From Ptychomitrium polyphyllum (Eukaryota): a DNA stretch of 64,000 nt. Of this stretch, positions 53,987 through 64,000 are shown piece by piece. Position 1 is the first letter of the stretch. The number at the start of each line of letters is the position of its first letter. The notes below the pieces were generated by a model. It was not told the origin of the DNA and did no database searches. It saw only the letters and a program-made list of their open reading frames with translations. The translations under genes were made by a program, and so were the position numbers. The stretch lies in assembly GCA_973851085.1 (NCBI GenBank), contig OZ316775.1:2418001-2482000 (forward strand), written 5' to 3'.

Positions 53987-56900
53987 TTAAGCGCCGTGTT
54001 TTGGTTTGGTAGATCTTTTCCTTTGCTCTGTAGCAGGCCCTCTATTGTTTGTGTTTGCAGAAGTCCTTTTTCTTTTGTCTGAAGGTGGCCTTTTGCTTGT
54101 TGCATCTGGAGGAGACCTTTTGTTTATTGTATCTGAAACTTGCTTCCAGACTATGTTCCCAGGTAGAAATAGTTCATCCGCCTGAGAACCTTGCCTTTGT
54201 TCTGTGGTATCCTTTTCCTGATGCACCAGTCCAATATCAAGTTACTGTAAATTCTTGTTCCATTTTATACCATATTGCCGAGACGCAGGGAACTGCAAGG
54301 TTACTTACTGTTTGAAAGAGGGAGAAAAACTCTGCTCTCTAGAGAGGCCGGCATGAATTAAGAAACTGTAGCTACGCCTTGTGCTTGTGGCCCCAGATTA
54401 GTCTTGACATGGTTTACTGGTTATTCAAATGTTTGTACTAGTACTTCGACTAGAAAATGAAGTGGCACTAGTCGCATATTCTTTGAATACGAATATATCG
54501 AATACCAAATATGTGAATTTTGGAAAACACAGCTCTGCCTCATAAAGAATTAGGATCTACGGAATGTACGGAGGGAGGTATGCCCCAGTCATGCTGAGCA
54601 ATATATCTTGGGATTTAGATGAGGAGCTAGCCATCAATCAGCTCCTATAGTTAGTAGTGGTGATTGCTTCAGCCTTCAGGATTCGGCAAAGTGTAACAGT
54701 ACCTTACGCGGGCTCATTCTTAAGGATTTTCTTGCTGCTGCAACAGCTGCTTGCGCTTGAGACAGGTATGGCTTAACAAGACTTGGATTATCTGTGAGTT
54801 TTTTCATTTCCTGCATTCCAAGCATGATAGGCGCTTCTGACCTTTTCTTTCAGACAGCGTCGTCAACGGAAGTGAAAAACAAACACAATACTTGTATGTG
54901 CAGGTTGGTGTTTTTTGAGTACCTCATTCACCAAAGCTTCGAGTCCAGGACGTCTACGTGGTGATTTCTTTGCAAAAGACAGCTTTTGTGAATCAGCAAT
55001 AAATACTTCTGCGTCCATGGTCTCAGGTGACTGTAAAATGAAAGACGTACAAGTAGGACTAGCTGGAGTTCACCAATTCATAAACTACTGTGAATCACTA
55101 ACTGAAACAATCTGAAAAGTACTTGCACATTCAATTAATTTACACTTCTCGGAAGGCAATTAAATTCCTAGGCAGGCTGGAGGACTCTTCATTTATGTTC
55201 CTTCATGTCCGGGAATATCAATGCTTTACCTGAGCAATAAGACTAGTCGGGCCTGATTCAATTCTTCTACTAGCAACATTCTGCAACATAGCAATTTGTA
55301 CCTCCTGTTCTACTCGTCTGGTCATCTCAAGACTTGCTTTAAGTTTTTCATCATGAGACATACCCTGCACAATTAAGATGGAGAATTAAATACAACACAT
55401 TATAATGGAATAAAATAACAATTTTAAAATTATAATGATAAATTTTTATATAAATATAAATAGAGCTGAACTATATACTCAATAATCCTTTATTGGTTCT
55501 ATCTATTTTATTATGTATCAATTTGACTTGAACGAAATTGAATATTTCATAAACCATCTAATTATAAATCCTATAATTTTTGACCATTGTAGCTAATTTA
55601 TTGATAAGAAACTTGCTATATAACTTTAAAAACATGACAATCATCTTCAACAAATTTATCCCCTTTTAGATCTATTCCATTCCAAAACATGGTCTTCTAG
55701 TGGTTTATCGCAAGGCCTTCACATAGGGGTGAGCACCAACCTACTCAAGAAGGGATGTAGTTCTAAGAGTTAACAAACTATGAAGTGTGTTGTGAAACAG
55801 TGAGGGTCTCAGATTGGGCAAGTTTACGGTTCAGTCTTCAGCTTACAGGTTGATGATTATCAACGAAATATATCAGTTTGTCAGAATAGTGGCCGTTTTT
55901 GATATTGTCAGTTTTCACTAAAAACCAGTTTTGTCCTGCTCTTTGTGCTCTCATTGCAGCTTGCAAGATCGGCACCGAACGTGGTGAGCACTTTCCTGAC
56001 CCATCATAACTTATCGTGCGAGACAATGGTGTGTCCCATAAAAAGACCTGCAAAACATACATGAATCACATAATATGGGTTGACTTCACTTCAAAACTGA
56101 CTAATTTCAGCATGCTTTTAAAAGGCAGTTACATGCTGGCTTGTAAATAGCGGCTTTAATGATACGATCGAAGGTGATAGTAAGTAAGTTACACCTTTCT
56201 CAACTTTTGCATCTTTTCTAAGGCAATTAGTTTGTAGGGGTAATTGATTGGGTTCTCAGCAAGGTTCAGAGTCTCCAACCGAGAAAATGCCCTTGCCATG
56301 GATATTATCTGTAAATTCATACCACCTCAAGATGAGAAAAAGTGACTTATGAGGGTTGAAAATGCATAGTGGGCACAACTTTGGCTCAGCCATAGCTGCA
56401 TATAAGATTGTAACTCTTGATTTAATACAGTCTGGCTTTTTTCTCTCCACAAATCCACGCCACCTAGAATCAAATATGATCTATTTTCATATTCACCTGC
56501 TCTGGAATACCTTCGATGAGATTATTGTGAAGATGCAACGTTTCAAGCCATGGTAACTGCGCAGAAAGAGAAATTTCATTCAACAATTGAAGATTTAGAT
56601 CACATTGCTATATAAAAGAAAGGCGCACGCGAAACATTTAATTGACTAGTACCTTGCTTAGCGACAAGAGGCAAGTGGAAGATAAACTGTTTCCTGCCAC
56701 ACACAACGTTTCTAAGCGTGAAAACGCTCTTGTTTCTGTCGCTTCCGGCGGAATCACCTCCAAGTTATTGTTGTTCAGGTTGAGTTTACGCAGTGAGGGA
56801 AATGATGAAAGTGCTATGACAGCCATGTCATTCAGAAGGTTGTAAGAGACATCTAGAACCTGCACATTGTAGTTCAAATTGAATGAGATTCCATATGAAT

Positions 56901-59170
56901 TGCTTCGAGGAGCTCTATTACGGAAATGTTGACATAGCTAATAAATCTACTAGAAACTCTACTTAAATGGCATGACCACTGATAATCATCCAGCTAGAGT
57001 CCGTCATTAAAATACGTAAACTCTGCCCGCAGCAATAGGCAAATCTCTGCATAGTACCTCAAGCTCTTGAAAGGAACCTTCTGGAATTTCCAACTCTGAT
57101 TGCTGATTACCCAGCAAAATAAGCTTTCTTAGAGCAGTGAGTGGAGCCAAGCTCACCTGAACAGCCAACAAATAAATCACACGTTTTAAACACCAAAACA
57201 GGCACTCGTCATTACCTCCAATTTGACTTCTCCAGAAACCTATGAAATAGATTAAAAATATTCAACAGTGTAATGAGAGTCAGCAACACATATATACCAA
57301 GGGTACGTGGTTTCCTGAAAGATCGAGGCAACGAATGGATGTGAAGAATGTCAAATCCTGCGAGTTTACATTGCCAATACGCCGATTTGCCAGACTTATG
57401 TACCGCACGCTGTCAATTTCTACAACCCCCGCCTCTTGAAGCTGCCAGTGGTCAACTGCAATTTGTCAGCCTTGCAGGTATTTTGAGAGGTTTCCGGCAC
57501 CAGGAACTTAGAATGCATAACCTGTGAGACTGCAACCAGATTAACGAACATAAATATTTACCTGTGGATCATGGCCCGATTAGAAAAACTTGTAGCAGTC
57601 TGTTCATTGAGAATTCCACATTTGAGAGAGATATTGCGTTACTTAAATAGGTTGACATACTGAAAGATGAGTTCTGGACTTTACAAGCACTGTCCTGTTG
57701 AGTATGGTGTCCATGGCGTCCTCCTCCACGAACGTTCTGCCAAGTGATGACTGTGCTGTTTGGGGTCTTCGCTTTCGTTTTCCAAGACTAGGAGTCCTAG
57801 GATGTGCAGACTTTTTCAACCCCTGAACTTTTCTTGCGTGCAACTGAGCCGCAAGCTCCACATCATACCTCAGTTCGCTTCTTCTCTCCTTTGCAGGAGG
57901 AGAGTGCAAATGATCATACTTTGATCCTCGCTGGGAAGTGGATTTCCTCCGAACATGCCATGGACTATCTGCGATGTATGATGGTGTTCCAGACGCAATT
58001 GAGCACAGGTGATCAAGCCTACACAGAATGTGATGAACTTTTTTAATAAAACATTCTGAAAAGACAATCCTCGTTAAGACAAAGCTTAGATAAATTTCAC
58101 GAAGTTAGACAGTTGAGGCTGAAATCCATTGAAATCTCATGGTAAGTGGTAAGTTTAAGCCTCCTCTTCGATCTCAACCACCTTCGCCGGAGCAAAATTG
58201 CCACTGGAGGAGACTATCAAGTGATGACCAAGTTATCACTACTCATGAATGGGCAAACATGAGATCAACGTCTGAAGTTTGATCATTACTTTTGCTCATC
58301 TCGCAGCTGAGGCTCTTTCAGACTGCTTTGCCTGCTACCTCTGCTGCTACCATTGTCCACCTCCTCGACTAGGACATGCTCTTTAAAATATTCTTCCATC
58401 CAGCGGTAGAGGTCAGCATCTGTTACTGCAGAGACCGATGTCGGCCTTCGCCGAGTCGGTAACACAGCATAATGTGGGGGCTCTTCCTGCAGAAACTCAA
58501 CACTGAATTGGGTCGAAGGTCGTGGTGTCATGGTTTTCTTCCTGATAACATCCGAGAGGTCGACGGCTTGCAAAAGAGGAGTACCCTTAGGAGACCTCAT
58601 CATTGTTCGGGACGCACGAATATTCTGGATGCGCTCCATTTGCAACTTCAGATAGCTCTTGGCGCTTGCGCGGCGCTCGTTCCATTCTTCGCGCGTCAGC
58701 ATCTCGGGTTCACGAAGGCCGAAGTTCCCAGTAGGTCGAACCGCAAAGATACTGGCGGGGGCACTTCGTGGGGGGATGCCCAGCAGCTTGTCCCTCCGTC
58801 CCTCTTTCTGACGCTGAAGCTCCGCGAAGTCCAGAAACTTTCCAAATTCGTTAGTCAGGGATTGTTCGTGTGAATCGACATAACGCACTGAGCGACGGGT
58901 CATCATCTTCATCTTCCGGATTTCTGCAGCCGTCCTCAACGCTGCCTCTCGTCTCAGCGTGAAAGCCTCGAAGATGTCCTCGCCGAGCAGGCTCACATAA
59001 TCTTCACGAGTTAGATCTACTGCTTTTTCAGATCCTTTTCTACTGAAGTTGAGGCCTGCACTTTCCGTCGCATTCTTCACCTTTTTGGAGCTTGTCTTGC
59101 TCGCACTTGACGACCGTGATTGCCCACGTCGGGCTTCTCCAGTCACAGAGGCTCCCACATCAGTGGCCAT
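53987..59170 (-). CDS. XRRA1-like leucine-rich-repeat protein, ~12 exons, ~870 aa
   Basis: In-phase GT-AG exons: 59170-58290, 58018-57685, 57441-57298, 57156-57058, 56859-56653, 56556-56497, 56308-56195, 56047-55847, 55364-55230, 55030-54923, 54810-54703, 54217-53987. The central exons encode LRRs (IRCLDLSGNHVPL, LRKLILLGN, LEVLDVSYNLL, LRKLNLNNNNL, LETLCVAGNSL, LETLHLHNNLI, LETLNLAENPI) whose spacing recalls animal XRRA1. The last exon and stop are uncertain, and the XRRA1 assignment is from memory. Confidence 0.75.
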
Positions 59171-59973
59171 AGCTATGGGTTTGTTCTGAGAGAACGGAAA
59201 ACTTCGTTTCACTCAGTTGCACAACTCTGTGTCCTCCCTTTGCGCTCTGCAAGCGCTGCACTCCATAGCTTGGAGAGAATTATGCCACCTTTAGCTATGA
59301 AGCAAATACTCAACAGAAGGTTCTCGCATCGGCCTCAACAGATTAGGACAAAGAACCCTTCAAACCAACTTGTAGATTTATTCATTCAACATTTTTCTGC
59401 TGTCAACATCAAACAAAGTTGAACCGCAGATAGAAACACAATCTTCTAATGAGATTGTGCGCTTCTAACTTGGGAAACCCTAGAACAGGTGGAAGTGAAG
59501 ACAACGTGTAGAGAGATAAATTTTTGAAACTCTCTGTGATACAATTCGGGATGATGCATATTCTGAATACAAATTCATCAAGGCGGAAGGCGCGAACCAA
59601 AGCAAAGGATCGTCCTAAGGACTGTTCCAAAATTGACAGACTTATTCAGGTCATACTTCTTAAGGTGAGTTTTCGCATTACTGATTATCTTCTGCGTAGT
59701 TGTGAGCACGAGTAACCACCATTTCCCGTGGCAGGTTTACTAAAATATTTCGAGGTACCTGTGGCTGCAGATCTACAGCTCCGCCATTGCACTCTCCAAT
59801 GTACGCATTGCAGGTCTTACTTCAGGGCGCCCGTCAAAACGGTCTCAACAACTGTCTCATTTCATTGTCCATTCTACAGTGAAAGGGATACACAGTTTAG
59901 GAGGCGTTCCTAAAAAATTCCTCTTCCTTTCACACAGTCGAAGGATAATCGATATTCTCCGGAGCATTGTACC

Positions 59974-60045
59974 CACTAAGACTATGTTTGATTTCCTAAA
60001 TACGCTAATCACTAAGACTATGTTTGATTTCCTAAATACGCTCAT
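59974..60045. repeat. 36-bp tandem duplication
   Basis: CACTAAGACTATGTTTGATTTCCTAAATACGCT(A/C)AT occurs twice in succession. Confidence 0.95.
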
Positions 60046-60818
60046 ACCGCGAAAAATCACTGTAGTATGTCTCCCCTTCACAGCAAAACATAACAAAACC
60101 ATCCGCGAGATCTCTTCACTTGTGTCGACCCATCAGACATATGCGCAATCTCAAACTTAGGCAACAACCTTCAGGTACGGGCTTGACCAGAACCATGCGA
60201 AAACGTAGGAACTCTTGGAGTTGTTAAGGAAATGTGAAGCCAGCTGAACATTGAGACAGTTAACGGAAAGCTGCATAACTGTTACAAATGTTTCGTCCAC
60301 CAACTTCCAGCTGTAATTCCTGTTGCAACCTCCCGAACGTTTCAATTTAATGGCCTTGGGTCTTTGACCGTCTCCCAACGGCAATCAACTAATAACCGTT
60401 GCCTCTGTATCCTTCAATTTTCACGCTTTGCAATCGGGATCAAAATTTGAAAGATATTTCGATATATTACTCTCAACACCAATTCCATAACATTCTTGAA
60501 GGTGCCTCAACAAATCATTGACCAAATATTGAAACATACAAAGAACCAAATATTCAACCCACTAAAAGCACAGGCCTTCGTCGTAAGTCTTGGCTGCTCG
60601 TCCAACTTTAAAGACAGTACTAGAAGAATTTCAACTTCTAGTAATAATAAATATAATCAGAAGTACAACTATGACTTGACTAAAAAGAACTGCTATAAAG
60701 GATACTCTTCATAATCAAAGATACCATCCGAAAAAAAAGATCGTAGAAAGGTACAACTCTGCGGAAAAATTCCATTAATCGAACAAAGTGGAACTCCAAT
60801 GAAGGAGCCGTTGTTCAA

Positions 60819-63800
60819 TCACATGAACGTAAATGTCCCCTTTTTAGACTCAATCATCCGGTTAGCGTACGTAGAACCTACAATGCGCTCTAGCTGCATA
60901 CACCACAAAGCCATTCGCAAACCATTAGCATAAGTGTTGAGTCAACTGAGTTGTATTGTTCGTACAATACGACCTTGAAAGGAGCAAGTATACAATATCC
61001 CAGCTTGATCCAAACCATAAACTATGATTCCAGCAACAGGAAAGGAATTTAAAGACCTTCCACAAGAATATCAGGTAGTATGATTTACAGCCAGTGCACT
61101 ACACTGATTACACCTTATACTAAAGCGAACAGTAATCACAAGAGGTCATAATAATATAAATTTTTCATAATTTTCTGTGGCAAATTGACCACCTTGAGGA
61201 GGGTAGTGTAGCTGACAAGCACAAAAATATATTTGTGGCCCTCGGAAATTTCCAACTTCGAGTATATAGTGTCAGCAGTGTAGTTTCACAGATTCAATGA
61301 TAATAAACTCGATCTGCAAGCGTAGCAACAGAGTCAATGTTAAGGTGAAAACTCACTTGGAAAATGTCGAATTTGGAGAATAATACGGTACACGATGAAA
61401 ACCCTTCTAGAAGATTCGCTATCTGTAATTAGCCAAGTTCCTGTGGTCAGAAGATCAAGTGGGGTAGAACTACAATAGGCCTTACATATTTTGAGACAGT
61501 TTTGGTGGGAGACGAAAGGAAAAGATCTGAAAGTAAATAAAGAGTCCTGGCATAAGATTAGGTTGTTTGCAAACCTCAGAATAAAATTGTGCATGGTCAG
61601 GAAGGGAATAGAAAATGAGCTCATTGATGCCCCTTATCTGCAACCAGAGTAACAAATCAGACCTCTTCAGAATGACGAGCATACTAGTGATGATACAGAA
61701 CCTAGAAAGAATATCCATTGGCTAGAAAATTAGTATTGAAGAAAGAGAAAGAAACCTTGTAACGATGATAAAAATGAGCACGCTCCGTGTAAAGCATGAA
61801 ATGCCTCTTCTTATGATAGAACCATGAACGAGCTCGAGAAATGTCACTTTGCTTTGTGTACCTATATTACATACAACCCCCAACTTATAGCCAAGCACTT
61901 AATAGAGAAAAGCTTATTAGACCTGGTTGATTCTATTTTAGCCGATAAAGCGAATTTAATACACGTGCAACAGGTAAGAATTCCATGCGTAAATTGTCAT
62001 TTAAAGCACCAAGAGGTAGAGCAGGAAGAATGACTTACTCATTTAAGTCGCAGAACGAAGCATTCTGGGCTAATAAGAAATTTCGAATCCGACTCATATC
62101 CAAGTAAGTTGCAATCACTAGAATTCCGCCCTGTGTAATTAAAGAAATTCAAAATCAGACAAGCTCGTATTCACAGATGCAACTTCATTATAGATGCGAT
62201 ACTTAGGAAAGAGTTGCAGAATGGAAATGAACGGAGAAAATCACAAACAAAACTAACCTTATGAGAGTCTTTGATTCTTGGAAAGACCTACAGCATAAAT
62301 AGCACAGATAGAAAAAACTTCAGTGTCTTGGATATCAAAACGCATTCAATTACAGGAGGAACAAAGAATGCAAACATTACAAGAACACATATGAAACCGC
62401 AGGAATCAAGTCTTTTAGGCATGATGAGACAGGAATAAACAATACCTGCTTGGTGAAATGCTCAAAGCGAGCATCATATAAATCTGTAACGGCCTTGCAC
62501 TCAATCCTTTCGTAGACCTGCCACCAAACTCCCAGGTCGGAGCTGATCAGGCGCATATTCTAATACCAAAGTAATGCTATTTACTGATCCTCGTAGGCGA
62601 GGAAATTCATATTGAAAAGGGAAGTCTTTCGAAAATGCCACGTAAAAGGGGTGGTTGGAAATGGATAGAAGAATACCTGACGAATTTTCAACATCACTTT
62701 TGAAAGCACCCCTGGATACTCAATTTTCAGCTTAACCTGCACAAAGCATCGCAATTGCTACATATTTCAGCATTTAAAAAATGCTCTAACAGACTAAATA
62801 AATGGTTGGAATTGATGATTCAAACTGTCTTCTCCACAATTTCATATCACTATGATGGTACACTATAGTGGTCAAATCAAAAATCCCGTCCAACTTTTAT
62901 CATACCTTGCCAGCATGATTGACACAGCTACGATTAAAAAACCCATTGAGTTCTGCAAAAAGACATCAGCCACTGAGTATTAGAGGCATGTGATTTTCGT
63001 TCAGGAATTTTCAAATGAGCAAAGGGTTGAGTAGCAAATTCTTCCAGGTTACGAAGTTGTAACAATCTGTTACCAAAGTATATTCACGATGGTCAAAGCA
63101 AGTTTGAGGCCTCTTACTTGCATCAGTGAAGGTCGAGAGGATTAATGTCTGGCGATAATGTCGGGAATGTCCATTTAAGCACCTACCATACCATGTGCGG
63201 GTCGTCAGATAACAAGTTTCAATGAACTCATTCTTGCTCCAAATTCAGGAAGTTACCCAATCACACATGAAGCAGAAAGTGATATACTCTAACAGGTCTC
63301 ACCATTCTCTGATTCGCATAAAATCAGTGTCATGCTGCGATTGAGGTATCCGATTGAAGTGATCAAACAAGGTCACCACATGCTGCCAGTTCTGCAAATC
63401 TCCCAAGCAGATGAATGAAAATAACTCATTTAAGGGAGTGCAAACATCACATTCCATCTCTTTTCTAAAATGAGAAAAAGCATATTAAGTTTCATCCCCT
63501 AAAAAACTACCCATGGTACTCCTTGGCAAAACCTCAAATTCATACTCGTTCACATTCATACTCCTGTCTCAACTAATGCACAGGATGACTACAAAGAACA
63601 TCATAAGAACATACCTGCATAAAAATTACATCCGTATAATCCATCACAACAATCTGCAGCAAGACAACCTCATATTTTATTTTATGGTCATACCATACAG
63701 AAACAACTCACATCAGGAAGACTAGATACTTAACCAAGCTATGCCATTCTGTAACAGGCAAACTAATTCCACTCTTGATAATTGAAGAGCATCTCACGAA

Positions 63801-63970
63801 ACATCTGCAGACTTCTAAACAGACATTATTGATGACGATTGAAAATGTCGATTGATGTCAAATTGGTAGCAAAAGAAAAGTATCTATGGTTTGGAACTTA
63901 CTTCAAGCGAGGAAAGAAAGTCAACGTCCGCTTTACTCTCTTTTTTGACTGTTTCTGCTTCGCCAATTTG
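60819..63970 (-). CDS. UTP25: U3 snoRNA-associated protein 25 (UTP25/DIEXF/NOF1), 3' portion; gene continues beyond the window
   Basis: 13 in-phase GT-AG exons: 63970-63902, 63653-63615, 63391-63303, 63182-63118, 62952-62906, 62736-62677, 62517-62446, 62287-62258, 62130-62039, 61861-61756, 61637-61575, 61422-61357, 60893-60819. They translate to DVDFLSSLE-IVVMD..DVIFMQNWQHV...HDTDFMRIREW...YRQTLILS...RIRNFL..QNASF...ISRARSWF...LYTERAHFYHRYKIRGI..LIFYSLP...LFSKFD..QLERIVG, all hallmark UTP25 motifs. Confidence 0.93.
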
Positions 63971-64000
63971 CTGTTGCAAAATGCTGTACGTATCAGATAC

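Noticed and set aside
56309..56496. ORF 56256-56450 or an acceptor at 56464 as part of the LRR gene
   Set aside because: This would need an implausibly short intron or hits stops. The acceptor at 56309 gives a clean LRR exon.

Overview
Eukaryotic, land-plant genomic DNA, most likely a moss: GT-AG introns, a PLS-class PPR-DYW gene, a SERK-like receptor kinase and a putative flagellar-type LRR gene. About 1-29 kb, 37.8-43 kb and 50.9-53.3 kb are very AT-rich, CpG-poor blocks of decayed transposons. They hold a recognisable Helitron Rep/helicase relic, weaker Copia-, hAT- and Gypsy-like traces, and a few unidentified GC-richer islands. I could assemble five protein-coding genes by hand: (1) a 13-exon LRR-RLK subfamily II (SERK/NIK-like) kinase on - (29441-35721, 616 aa); (2) a PLS-PPR-E-DYW gene on + (44102-47278) whose DYW domain has lost the HxE/CxxC deaminase signature, resembling Physcomitrium PPR_43; (3) an intronless TPR + metallo-beta-lactamase fusion on - (49323-50444) whose MBL part looks bacterial; (4) a ~12-exon XRRA1-like LRR gene on - (~53987-59170); (5) the 3' 13 exons of UTP25/DIEXF/NOF1 on - (60819 to beyond the window end). 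There is also a cytochrome P450 pseudogene fragment, a 20-bp telomere-flavoured tandem array upstream of the PPR gene, an ~88-nt foldback and several candidate Helitron 3' ends. I see no CRISPR array, rRNA or intact tRNA. Family assignments come from motif recognition from memory, not database searches.
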